64,000 nt of DNA from Candidatus Sumerlaeota bacterium (GTDB taxonomy: Bacteria; Bacillota; SLNR01), in NCBI GenBank assembly GCA_007132905.1, contig SLNR01000060.1:1442-65441 (forward strand), read 5' to 3'. The notes beneath the pieces are model-generated. The model worked only from the letters and a program-made list of their open reading frames with translations, was not told the origin of the DNA and did no database searches. Shown piece after piece: positions 40,072 through 49,257 of this stretch. The stretch's first letter is position 1; every line of letters starts with the position of its first letter. The position numbers and the translations under genes are program-made.

Positions 40072-42741
40072 GTGGTTGATAAAAAGACACTTCCGACTGT
40101 TTATGATCCATCGAAAGTAGAAACAAAGTGGTATGATTATTGGGAAGAAAAGAAATTTTTCCATGCCGAGGTAGATCAGAATAAAAAGCCTTACAGCATT
40201 GTGATTCCTCCTCCGAATGTGACAGGATCTCTTCATATGGGACATGCTTTAAACAATACACTGCAGGATATTCTAATTCGCTGGCGGCGCATGAAGGATG
40301 ACAATGTTGTTTGGATTCCCGGTACTGACCATGCCGGAATTGCAACACAGGTAGTAGTTGAGAAAAAGCTTGCGCAGGAAGGTCTAACAAGACACGATTT
40401 AGGCAGGGAAGCTTTTATAGATAAAGTGTGGGAATGGAAAGATAAATACGGCAACACCATTTTAGAACAGTTAAAGCGTTTGGGTGCTTCTTGTGATTGG
40501 GACAGGGAAAGGTTTACCATGGATGAGAGATGCTCGAAGGCTGTTCGCACAGTGTTTATTCATCTCTACGAAAAGGGTTTAATCTATCAAGGAAACTTCA
40601 TCATTAACTGGTGTCCTCGATGTCTGACAGCTTTATCGGATCTTGAAGTTGAATATGAAGAAATCGCAGGACATTTGCATTATGTCAAATACCCCATTGA
40701 AGACAGTCCTACTTTTATTAAAGTAGCCACAACCCGGCCCGAGACTATTCTCGGAGATACTGCTATTGCAGTACATCCCGACGATGAACGCTTTAATGAC
40801 CTTATCGGCAAAACAGCTGTTCTTCCTATCATAGAGAGAAAACTCCCCATTATAGCCGATGAATATGTTGATCCTTCCTTTGGGACGGGAGCTGTAAAAG
40901 TTACACCTGCTCATGACCCAAATGACTTTGCTATCGCGCAGCGGCATGGTCTTGAAAGTGTCACCGTCATCGATGAGCATGGAAGAATGAATGAGAATGC
41001 TGGTAGATACGATGGCATGGATCGATATGAATGCCGAAAGGAAATATTAAATGACCTCCAAGTGTTAGGACTTCTGGCAGAAGTTGAAGATAATCCGCAC
41101 TCTGTAGGACACTGCTCACGCTGCGATGCAGCTGTGGAGCCTTTGTTGTCTCGTCAGTGGTTTGTTCGGATGAAACCCTTGGCCGAACCGGCGATGGAAG
41201 TGGTAGAGAAAGGGACCATCAAATTTGTTCCGGCTAGATTTAAAAATACCTATATGCATTGGTTGGAAAACATTCATGACTGGTGTATTTCCAGGCAGTT
41301 GTGGTGGGGTCATAGAATTCCGGCGTGGTATTGTGATGAATGCCGGCATGTAACAGTGGCAATGGAAGAGCCTGATGTATGCGAAAAATGCGAAAGCGGC
41401 TCGCTTAGACAAGATCAGGATGTTTTAGACACTTGGTTCAGCTCTGCGCTGTGGCCCTTTTCGACCCTGGGATGGCCGGAAAAAACGCCGGAGCTTGAAC
41501 AGTTTTATCCCACAGCTGTTTTGGTTACGGGTTATGATATTATTTTTTTCTGGGTGGCTAGGATGATTTTTATGGGTTTAGAATTCATGGATGAAATTCC
41601 TTTTCACGAGGTTTTTATCAATGGGTTGATTCGGGATGCAGAAGGAAAAAAGATGAGCAAATCTCGCGGCAACACCATGGATCCTTTGGAAATAATCGAG
41701 GAATACGGAACTGATACTTTAAGATATACCTTGGTTACAGGGAGTTCTCCTGGCAGTGATATCCGCCTATTTACTGAAAAATTTGAGGGCATCCGAAATT
41801 TCGCCAATAAGATTTGGAATGCGTCCCGTTTTGTTATGATGAATCTTGATGAAGATGAGGCATATACGGAAATAGACCTGACATCATCAGATCTGGCCCT
41901 TTCTGATAGATGGATTTTAAGCAGAAGCCAAGAGGTTCTCAAAGAAGTGGACCGGTTGCTGGCGAGATATGATATTGGCGAGGCAGGAAAAACTCTATAT
42001 GATTTTATATGGAGCGAATTCTGTGATTGGTACATCGAGTTGGCTAAGCCTAGGTTAAATGATCCCCAGCAGCCACAGGATAGAAAACAAGTGCAGCATA
42101 TTTTGTGGCATGTGCTGAAGGGAACAATGGAAATGATGCACCCATTCATGCCTTTTATCACAGAAGAGATCTGGCAGCACCTTCCTCATGAGGGAGATAC
42201 CATTATGTATGCGGCCTGGCCCGAGGTAAAGGAAGAACTAATCGATGAACAAGCAGTCAAAAAAATGAATCTTTTAATGGAGATTGTTCGAATTATCAGG
42301 AATATTCGAGTCGAAATGAATGTGAAGCCGGCTCAAAAAGTGGATGCTATTTTACAGTGCAGTGACCCCGAGGCGCAAATGACAATCGGCGAAAATCAAT
42401 CTTTGCTTGAAAAAATTGCCGGATTATCATCTTTTGTTGTCGAAGACGCTAGTCGACAGAAACCAAAACAAGCTATGTCGGGTATAGTCGAAGGGGTAGA
42501 GGTTTTTGTTCCTCTGCAAGGATTAATAGATCCGGATAAAGAGATTTCCCGGCTCAACAAAGAGCTAAGCACGGCTCTAAAGGAACTCGAGAAAGTGGAA
42601 AAGAAATTAGTTGACCAGGAATTTATCCAAAAAGCGCCTAGTCACATAGTGGAAAAGGAAAAAAGTAAGCAGAGCGAGTTTAAAGAAAAAGCCGAAAAAA
42701 CGCAAGAACGCATCAAGCAGCTAAAAGAGCTGAAAAAGTGA
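40072..42741 (+). CDS. valS: valine--tRNA ligase
   Basis: HIGH-type PPNVTGSLHMGH, KMSKS, and a C-terminal coiled coil; 889 aa. GTG lies 7 nt after AGGAGG. Confidence 0.97.
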   Translation: MVDKKTLPTVYDPSKVETKWYDYWEEKKFFHAEVDQNKKPYSIVIPPPNVTGSLHMGHALNNTLQDILIRWRRMKDDNVVWIPGTDHAGIATQVVVEKKLAQEGLTRHDLGREAFIDKVWEWKDKYGNTILEQLKRLGASCDWDRERFTMDERCSKAVRTVFIHLYEKGLIYQGNFIINWCPRCLTALSDLEVEYEEIAGHLHYVKYPIEDSPTFIKVATTRPETILGDTAIAVHPDDERFNDLIGKTAVLPIIERKLPIIADEYVDPSFGTGAVKVTPAHDPNDFAIAQRHGLESVTVIDEHGRMNENAGRYDGMDRYECRKEILNDLQVLGLLAEVEDNPHSVGHCSRCDAAVEPLLSRQWFVRMKPLAEPAMEVVEKGTIKFVPARFKNTYMHWLENIHDWCISRQLWWGHRIPAWYCDECRHVTVAMEEPDVCEKCESGSLRQDQDVLDTWFSSALWPFSTLGWPEKTPELEQFYPTAVLVTGYDIIFFWVARMIFMGLEFMDEIPFHEVFINGLIRDAEGKKMSKSRGNTMDPLEIIEEYGTDTLRYTLVTGSSPGSDIRLFTEKFEGIRNFANKIWNASRFVMMNLDEDEAYTEIDLTSSDLALSDRWILSRSQEVLKEVDRLLARYDIGEAGKTLYDFIWSEFCDWYIELAKPRLNDPQQPQDRKQVQHILWHVLKGTMEMMHPFMPFITEEIWQHLPHEGDTIMYAAWPEVKEELIDEQAVKKMNLLMEIVRIIRNIRVEMNVKPAQKVDAILQCSDPEAQMTIGENQSLLEKIAGLSSFVVEDASRQKPKQAMSGIVEGVEVFVPLQGLIDPDKEISRLNKELSTALKELEKVEKKLVDQEFIQKAPSHIVEKEKSKQSEFKEKAEKTQERIKQLKELKK

Positions 42742-42763
42742 AGCATATATGCTTCACTTTTTT
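42738..42763 (+). terminator. intrinsic terminator after valS
   Basis: GTGAAGCAT/ATGCTTCAC palindrome followed by T6. Confidence 0.8.
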
Positions 42764-42842
42764 ACTAAATGGGTAAGTTGCAAAAGAAGGAAGTAATTTT
42801 TTTGTAACGAATACAAATGGCAGCTCGATAGGAGGAGTCGGG

Positions 42843-44150
42843 ATGGATTATCTTGAGGCGATGTCGTATTTAAAAAGCCTCCAGAAATTCGGCATACAAC
42901 TGGGATTAAAGAGAATGGAATCTCTTCTTAAAAAGATGGGGAATCCGCAAGAGAACCTATCCTGTCTTCATATTGCCGGGACAAACGGCAAGGGGTCTGT
43001 AGCTGCAATGATTGCGTCTATGTGCGGTGCGGCCGGATGGAAAACAGGCTTATTTACTTCCCCGGCTTTGCAACGATTTAATGAAAGGATCAAGATCAAT
43101 GGGTTGATGATCCAAGACCATCAAATAGCCGACATCCTCACCGGGATTCATCCTTTAGTGGGAGAAGTCGAAAAAGAAGGCGAACAGCCTACCGAGTTTG
43201 AAGTGGTCACGGCGGCTGCTTTTGAATATTTTCATCGAAAGGGAGTGGATTTAGCTGTTTTTGAAGTAGGACTGGGAGGCCGGCTTGATTCTACCAATGT
43301 GATCAAAGCACCTCTGGTTTCTGTTATCACTACTGTCGGGCTGGACCATACCCAGATACTTGGGCACACAATTGAGCAAATCGCCGGGGAGAAAGCTGGC
43401 ATCATTAAAGAAAAAGGCGATGTGGTCAGCGGAGTGAAGAATCAAGAAGCCAGAAGCGTGATTGAGAAAAAGTGCAAAGAGCAGTTGGCGTCTCTTTTTC
43501 AAATCAATGAGCATATAAAAGGGGTGCTGCTTAGATATGAAGAAAAAGGGCAGTACATCGCCATCGAGACAGACAGAAAATATTACGACGAATTGTATTT
43601 ACCGTTGCTTGGCAGTCACCAATTGGATAACGCGTTGCTGGCTGTTAAGGCAGTCGAATTGATCAGCCAAAAAGGTTTTACAGTCACCAAAGAGACCGTG
43701 AGAAAGGGCCTGGCGTCTGTATGTTGGCCTGGCCGCATGGAGATAATGCAAAAGAACCCGACCGTGATCATCGATGGGGCGCACAATTTAGACGGAGCAA
43801 GAGCATTGAAAAAGGGACTTGAAGATTTGTATCCCGAAAAAAGCATCTTCTTTGTGCTCGGCATCTTAGAAGATAAAAATTGGCCGGGCATGATTGAGGT
43901 ATTGATGTCTATGGCGAGTCAGGCAGTAGCAGTGAGTCCTACCAATGTAAGAGCTTTGGATTCTCATGATTTGCAAAAGGAAATCAAACGGCACGACAGG
44001 GAGGCCAAAGCTTACTCTTCTGTGCAAAGCGGGATTGAAGCAGCGTTGGCAGAGGCAAAACCGGATGAAGTCATTTGCATTGCCGGTTCTTTGAGCACGG
44101 CCGCCGAAGCCAAGTCTTTTTTTGAGAAGGAAAAGGGAAAAATGAAATAG
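42843..44150 (+). CDS. folC: folylpolyglutamate synthase / dihydrofolate synthase
   Basis: P-loop HIAGTNGKGS, Mur-ligase pattern DGAHN, and the usual position after valS. Confidence 0.9.
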   Translation: MDYLEAMSYLKSLQKFGIQLGLKRMESLLKKMGNPQENLSCLHIAGTNGKGSVAAMIASMCGAAGWKTGLFTSPALQRFNERIKINGLMIQDHQIADILTGIHPLVGEVEKEGEQPTEFEVVTAAAFEYFHRKGVDLAVFEVGLGGRLDSTNVIKAPLVSVITTVGLDHTQILGHTIEQIAGEKAGIIKEKGDVVSGVKNQEARSVIEKKCKEQLASLFQINEHIKGVLLRYEEKGQYIAIETDRKYYDELYLPLLGSHQLDNALLAVKAVELISQKGFTVTKETVRKGLASVCWPGRMEIMQKNPTVIIDGAHNLDGARALKKGLEDLYPEKSIFFVLGILEDKNWPGMIEVLMSMASQAVAVSPTNVRALDSHDLQKEIKRHDREAKAYSSVQSGIEAALAEAKPDEVICIAGSLSTAAEAKSFFEKEKGKMK

Positions 44151-44396
44151 ATCTTGGGCTTGGGTATATGCAATAATTCTGGCATAAAGCAAGCTTTTCA
44201 AGCAGCGATATTTGACTGAAAATTACATTATTTCATATTGAGAGACAAAATTCAGTCTTTTTCCTTCTCTTTTGATAGTTCCTCTGTTATAATAACAGGT
44301 GTTGCTAGAAATAGAGAACATAAGATTTTGCTTTTGCAGGAAAACCTGCATGAACGACCATAACATGAGTAAAGAATTTACAAGGAGGCGGTTTCT

Positions 44397-44756
44397 GTGC
44401 CCCTAACTATTGCCGAGATAAAGGACTTGCTGGGTGCAGAGGTTCTAACAGAGAATATTGATTTAAACCGGCCGATTTTGGCAGCTTGCGCTTGCGATTT
44501 ACTTAGTGATCTTTTGGCTTTTTCCCGCGAGCAGTCGGTTCTTCTAACCGGTCTGGTAAACCCTCAGGTAATCAGAACAGCAGAAATGATTGATTTATCG
44601 GGCATTGTTTTTGTAAGAGGCAAAAAACCGCCGGCTGGGGTCATAGATTTAGCGAAAAACCTTGAAATTATATTAATGACTACAGAAAAAACGATGTTTG
44701 AGTGCAGCGGCATTCTCTACACTGCTGGATTGGAAGCGACTTTTGTAGAAAGATAG
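44397..44756 (+). CDS. DRTGG-domain protein
   Basis: 119 aa with ...DLLSDLL...LLTGL... and a C-terminal fold signature shared with the paralogue at 46594. GTG start after AGGAGG. Confidence 0.65.
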   Translation: MPLTIAEIKDLLGAEVLTENIDLNRPILAACACDLLSDLLAFSREQSVLLTGLVNPQVIRTAEMIDLSGIVFVRGKKPPAGVIDLAKNLEIILMTTEKTMFECSGILYTAGLEATFVER

Positions 44757-44787
44757 ACTTACCTAAACTTAAAGCGGGGGTAAGGGT

Positions 44788-45228
44788 ATGGACAAACAGC
44801 AGGACAAGAATTCAGAAATAAAGGTATCTTTTAATATAGAAGGAAAAGATTTCAATGCTGCCGGGGAGGCCTCAAGCAGAATCAAGTCGATTCTTCAGCA
44901 ATTGGGGATCCGTTCTGCTATATGCCGGCGGACTGCCATAGTGGCGTATGAAGCGGAAATGAATATCGTAATTCATGCTGAAAAAGGAAAGATGACTCTG
45001 CAGGTACATCCGGATAGCATTGAATTAAAAGTTGAGGACGAAGGACCCGGGATTGACGATCTGGAAGAAGTTATGGTCGAGGGATTCTCTACTGCTCCGG
45101 ATTATATTCGCGAGATGGGTTTTGGAGCAGGTATGGGATTGCCTAATATTAAACGTTCTTCAGATGAATTTCATATTGAATCCGAAGTGGACAAAGGAGT
45201 TTCCTTGTGGGTGAAGATTTATTTATAG
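44788..45228 (+). CDS. GHKL-ATPase-only protein, anti-sigma-factor/Ser-kinase-like (RsbW/SpoIIAB type)
   Basis: 146 aa; N-box AYEAEMNIVIHA and G-boxes EDEGPGI and GFGAGMGLPNI. No HisKA or sensor domain. Confidence 0.7.
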   Translation: MDKQQDKNSEIKVSFNIEGKDFNAAGEASSRIKSILQQLGIRSAICRRTAIVAYEAEMNIVIHAEKGKMTLQVHPDSIELKVEDEGPGIDDLEEVMVEGFSTAPDYIREMGFGAGMGLPNIKRSSDEFHIESEVDKGVSLWVKIYL

Positions 45229-45254
45229 AGTCCTGAGGAAAGCGGTGAACACAA

Positions 45255-46607
45255 ATGGATGAGAGGTATTTCCATTCCGTTCGACTAGAAGAGGACAAAT
45301 GCAAAGGTTGTACCGTATGCATTAAGGGATGTCCAACAGAGGCAATCCGCGTCAGGGACGGGCAGGCGAATATCATTGAAGAACGTTGCATCGACTGCGG
45401 CGAATGCATTCGGCAATGCCCAAACCATGCCAAGATTGCCGTGGCAGACTCCCTTGATGATCTTAAAAAATATAAATACAATGTGGCTTTGCCGGCGCCA
45501 ACCTTTATGGGGCAGTTTCGGCCGGATGTTCCTCCGGAGAAGATTTTAGGGGCATTGATTTATTTAGGTTTTGATGAAGTCTTCGAAGTTGCGCAGGCAG
45601 CGGATTATGTGTCGGCTGCCATTCGCGAGTATCTAAAAAAAGAAAACCTGCCGAAGCCGCTGATATCTTCGGCTTGTCCGGCAGTGGTGCGTCTGATTCA
45701 AGTCAGATTTCCGGATTTGATTCCCCATATAATCCCTTTGGAAACACCAATGGAGATTGGGGCCAAACTGGCGAAAGCAAAAATCGAAAAGGATAAAGGG
45801 TTACCAAAAGAAGACATAGGGGTCTTTTTCATCACTCCTTGTCCGGCTAAGGTAACAGCGGTGAAAGAACCAGTTGCTATGCAGGAGTCGAATGTGGATG
45901 GGGTCATTCCCATCGATGATATTTATGGAGAGATTTTAAAGGCTATTCCCCATGTCGGCAAAGAGAGCGAAAGTCAAGCAACAGGAGCCGGACTGGGCTG
46001 GGCCCGGGCCGGTGGTGAAAACACGGCAGTAGGTCTGGAAGAGGGATATTTGTCGGTGGACGGCATTCAAAATGTGATCAATGTGCTGGAAGAAGTGGAG
46101 ATGGGTAAACTTGATGATGTGGTTTATCTGGAATGTTTGTCTTGTCCGGGAGGTTGTATTGCAGGTCCTTTGACGGTGGAAAATAAATTTATCTCACGAG
46201 TAAGAATAGGGAAACTGGCGGATAAGCAAAAAAAACCCTTTGAGCCGGAAGATGATTTGGATCAGTTGATTGAAGAAGGCTTCTTTTCCGGCCAAGAAAA
46301 GATTACGCCCCGCCCCATTATGCAGCTAGATTCAGATATATCAAAAGCCATCAAACTCATGGCAGAACTAGAAACGACACTGGAAGACCTGCCCGGAATT
46401 GACTGCGGTTCCTGTGGGGCACCGACCTGTCGAGCTTTGGCGGAAGATATTGTAAAAGGATTGGCCCTGGAAACAGACTGCGTTATCAAATTGCGCGAGA
46501 AAGTACATGAGCTTGCAAAAGAGATGCTAGATCTCTCCGAGAAGGTTCCTCATGCGATGGGGAAAAAGTCAAACGGTAATCGAGGTGGAAAAGATGAAGT
46601 TGAATGA
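45255..46607 (+). CDS. sensory-type [FeFe]-hydrogenase homologue (group C/D-like, HydS-like)
   Basis: Two N-terminal CxxCxxCxxxCP motifs. H-cluster motifs are present but altered: SSACP (45666-45680) for TSCCP, TPCPAK for MPCxxK, ECLSCPGGCIAG for ExMxCxxGCxxG. An extra C-terminal Cx2Cx4Cx16C lies at 46404-46481. Confidence 0.8.
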   Translation: MDERYFHSVRLEEDKCKGCTVCIKGCPTEAIRVRDGQANIIEERCIDCGECIRQCPNHAKIAVADSLDDLKKYKYNVALPAPTFMGQFRPDVPPEKILGALIYLGFDEVFEVAQAADYVSAAIREYLKKENLPKPLISSACPAVVRLIQVRFPDLIPHIIPLETPMEIGAKLAKAKIEKDKGLPKEDIGVFFITPCPAKVTAVKEPVAMQESNVDGVIPIDDIYGEILKAIPHVGKESESQATGAGLGWARAGGENTAVGLEEGYLSVDGIQNVINVLEEVEMGKLDDVVYLECLSCPGGCIAGPLTVENKFISRVRIGKLADKQKKPFEPEDDLDQLIEEGFFSGQEKITPRPIMQLDSDISKAIKLMAELETTLEDLPGIDCGSCGAPTCRALAEDIVKGLALETDCVIKLREKVHELAKEMLDLSEKVPHAMGKKSNGNRGGKDEVE

Positions 46608-46932
46608 TGTGAAAGACGCTTTGAACTTAAAAACAGAAAGCGGAGAAGAGTTACTAAACAGGGAAATTAAAGGGGGTTATACATCCGACCTTTTAAGCGA
46701 TGTGATGGCAAATGCCAGCGAAGGAGATATATGGATTACACTGCAGACACACCAAAATGTGGTGGCGGTGGCGTCTCTGCTGGGATTAAGCGCGGTGATC
46801 ATTACCGGGGGATCAAAACCGGAAGACAACACCTTGGAAAAAGCAAAAAAAGCCGAAGTGCCAATATTGTCATCGCAACTACCATCCTTTGAATTAAGCG
46901 GAAAAGCATACGCAATTATTGGATCTGATTAA
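46594..46932 (+). CDS. DRTGG-domain protein (second copy)
   Basis: GYTSDLLSDVM...VIITGG is paralogous to 44397-44756. ATG 46594 follows GAGGTGG and overlaps the preceding stop by 14 nt. Confidence 0.65.
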   Translation: MKLNDVKDALNLKTESGEELLNREIKGGYTSDLLSDVMANASEGDIWITLQTHQNVVAVASLLGLSAVIITGGSKPEDNTLEKAKKAEVPILSSQLPSFELSGKAYAIIGSD

Positions 46933-46935
46933 GCT

Positions 46936-47679
46936 ATGCTATCCCGGTATTTCATCGATTTTCATATTCATACCGCGTTATCTCCCTGCGCGGACAATCA
47001 GATGACTCCCAAGAGAATTATCGAGGCGGCTGTTTCACATGAACTCCATATTATTGCGATTACCGATCATAATTCAGCTGAAAATGTACCAGCTCTTTTG
47101 AAGGCGGCGGAACATCAGCCAGTGACGGTAATCCCGGGTATGGAGGTTCAGACACGTGAGGAAGTCCATCTTGTTTGTCTTTTCCCTGGGGTGAAAGAAA
47201 TTATGGTCTGGCAGCATTTTGTTTACGAAAGATTACCGGACAGAAAAAACCGGGAGGATTATTTTGGAGAGCAATGGGTCTTTGATGAAAATGGAAAACC
47301 CTTGGAAAAATGTGACCGATTATTAATTGCGTCGACCTCGCTGGGTTTAGAAGAGACAGTAGAGAAATGTCAAGAGTACGGAGGGATTTGTTATCCCGCT
47401 CACGTGGACAGGTCGAACAACAGCATCATCAGCAACCTTGGCTTTATCCCGGAAAAGCCCGTTTTCCCGGCGGTGGAAATATCCCCTATGATAAAGTCAG
47501 AGGACGCTCTTAAACGATTTCCTTATCTGGAAAAATATACTTTGATCGGCTCCTCGGATGCACATCAATTAGAAGAGATCCTTTGGGCCCGGTCAGAAAT
47601 ACATATAGAAAATCCGGTATTTTCAGAGATAGCATTGGCACTAGAAGGAGAAAAACAAAGAAAGGCGGTGACAATCTGA
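46936..47679 (+). CDS. PHP-domain phosphoesterase
   Basis: DFHIHT, AITDHNS and further His/Asp ligands (YPAHVD, SSDAH); 247 aa. Confidence 0.75.
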   Translation: MLSRYFIDFHIHTALSPCADNQMTPKRIIEAAVSHELHIIAITDHNSAENVPALLKAAEHQPVTVIPGMEVQTREEVHLVCLFPGVKEIMVWQHFVYERLPDRKNREDYFGEQWVFDENGKPLEKCDRLLIASTSLGLEETVEKCQEYGGICYPAHVDRSNNSIISNLGFIPEKPVFPAVEISPMIKSEDALKRFPYLEKYTLIGSSDAHQLEEILWARSEIHIENPVFSEIALALEGEKQRKAVTI

Positions 47680-47754
47680 AGTTTTGGCGTGAATAGGGTT
47701 AGGCTTTATCCATAAATAGATGATCTGCGATCAGAACGAAGGAGGAGAAGGCAA

Positions 47755-48246
47755 ATGGCAGAATGCAGTTGTGCCGATTGCGGTATCACCGAAGAGATGT
47801 ACCAGCAGTTGGATGAAACCATTGAAAAGCAAAAGGGTCAGGCAGGTGCTTTGATTCAGGTTCTCCATAAAGCCCAAGAAATTTTTGGTTATCTGCCTAA
47901 AGAAGTTCAAGTGTATGTGGCGGATAAATTGGATGTTCCTGTCACCGAGGTTTATGGTGTGGTTACTTTCTATGCATTTTTCTCAATGACCCCAAAAGGG
48001 AAGCATTCCATCGGTATCTGTATGGGAACGGCATGCTATGTTAAAGGAGCGGGCCAGATATTGGATTCATTGAAGGCCAAGTTGAAAGTGGATGTAGGTG
48101 GAACCACTGAAGATGGATTGTTCACATTAGAAGTGCTTCGCTGCATCGGAGCCTGCGGTCTGGCTCCGGCGGTTATGATTGGTGACGATGTGTACGGAAG
48201 GTTAACCTCAGATAAAGTTGATGATATTTTGGCCAAATACCAATAA
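47755..48246 (+). CDS. hydC: NuoE-like [2Fe-2S] subunit of multimeric [FeFe] hydrogenase (set 1)
   Basis: Cys pattern ICMGTAC...C..ACGLAP, typical of NuoE/HydC; 163 aa. Confidence 0.85.
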   Translation: MAECSCADCGITEEMYQQLDETIEKQKGQAGALIQVLHKAQEIFGYLPKEVQVYVADKLDVPVTEVYGVVTFYAFFSMTPKGKHSIGICMGTACYVKGAGQILDSLKAKLKVDVGGTTEDGLFTLEVLRCIGACGLAPAVMIGDDVYGRLTSDKVDDILAKYQ

Positions 48247-48262
48247 ACGGAGAATATAACCC

Positions 48263-48817
48263 ATGCGCGAATTATCACTGCATATTTTGGACATTGTGCA
48301 AAACTCCATAGAAGCGGGTGCGAGTGAGGTTATACTTGAAATTAATGAAGATCCGGATTCCGATCTGTTCGAGATGATCATACGGGATAATGGTAGGGGT
48401 ATGACGCCGGAAATGGTCCAGGGCGTTACAGATCCCTTTGTGACAACAAGAACCACTCGTAAGGTCGGGCTGGGTATTCCGCTGTTTCACAGTGCAGCCG
48501 AGCAGGCAGGTGGGGATCTTGTTGTTGATTCTGAAGTGGGAAAAGGAACAACCATAAGAGCCAATTTTTCGCACAAACATATTGATCGGGCTCCCCTCGG
48601 AGATATGGTAGGTACCATATTAGCTTTGTTAGGGTCCAATCCGCGCATGGAATTGGTCTATCGGCATCGATACAAAGATAAAGAGTTTGAGTTTAGAACC
48701 GAAGACATCAGGGAAACATTAGAGGATATTGAGATCAGTCACCCCATGATCCTCGGCTGGATTCGCAATCATTTGCAAGATGGTTTGGCAGAAATCTACG
48801 GAGGTGAGAGAGAGTGA
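48263..48817 (+). CDS. GHKL-ATPase-only protein embedded in hydrogenase set 1
   Basis: LHILDIVQNSIEAGA (N-box), RDNGRGM and GLGIP (G-boxes). No H-box or sensor domain. Its stop overlaps the next start (GTGA, 48814-48817). Confidence 0.7.
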   Translation: MRELSLHILDIVQNSIEAGASEVILEINEDPDSDLFEMIIRDNGRGMTPEMVQGVTDPFVTTRTTRKVGLGIPLFHSAAEQAGGDLVVDSEVGKGTTIRANFSHKHIDRAPLGDMVGTILALLGSNPRMELVYRHRYKDKEFEFRTEDIRETLEDIEISHPMILGWIRNHLQDGLAEIYGGERE

Positions 48818-49176
48818 AAACGCTAAAAGAGCTTGAAGAACTTCGAAAAAAAGCGCAGGAATCGACTCGTCTGCGCGAAGGCGATAAAGGAAGTAAAATT
48901 GTGATTGGCATGGGTACCTGCGGGATCGCGGCAGGAGCAAGAGAAGTGATGGCGGCTGTTATGGACGAAATAAATAAGCGAGACATCGATGATGTAGTGG
49001 TCACTCAAACAGGTTGTGTTGGGGTATGCGAGCAAGAACCGATCGTCGAAGTAATGCGACCTGGGCAGGAAAAAGTGACTTACGGACGTATCGATGAAGA
49101 GAAAGCGAGAAAAATCATTGCCCAGCATATAGTCAATGGACAAATCGTTGGAGATTGGGTTATTTCCACATCGTAA
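48814..49176 (+). CDS. thioredoxin-like [2Fe-2S] ferredoxin (HydD-like, set 1)
   Basis: GMGTCGIAAG...TGCVGVCEQEP; 120 aa; about 75-80 percent identical by eye to 53015-53380. Confidence 0.8.
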   Translation: MKTLKELEELRKKAQESTRLREGDKGSKIVIGMGTCGIAAGAREVMAAVMDEINKRDIDDVVVTQTGCVGVCEQEPIVEVMRPGQEKVTYGRIDEEKARKIIAQHIVNGQIVGDWVISTS

Positions 49177-49257
49177 TGTTAAAATATGGCTAAAAGCCAG
49201 CTGAAAATGAAAGATGGTTAGGCTTGATAAGCAACCATATATAGAGGAGGTCTAGCA

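Noticed and set aside
39777-40079. ORF 39777-40079 (+), 100 aa, and ORF 11128-11325 (-), 65 aa.
   Set aside because: The first covers the valS T-box leader including its promoter and terminator. The second is antisense to the c-di-AMP riboswitch. RNA elements explain both regions.
44213-44262. Hairpin GACTGAA...TTCAGTC followed by TTTTTCC after folC, considered as a terminator.
   Set aside because: The stem is only 7 bp and the loop is about 30 nt, which makes it too weak to annotate as an intrinsic terminator.
44284-44298. Palindrome CTGTTATAATAACAG upstream of the hydrogenase sensor module, considered as a Rex (redox repressor) operator. I also looked for TTGTGAA/TTCACAA-type sites in 44151-44396, 47680-47754 and 52852-53014.
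   Set aside because: The half-site spacing (TGTTA, 3 nt, TAACA) does not fit the Rex consensus as I remember it (TTGTTAA, 4 nt, TTAACAA, or TTGTGAA, 4-6 nt, TTCACAA). The palindrome may just be a TATAAT -10 box with flanks. No better candidate was found.
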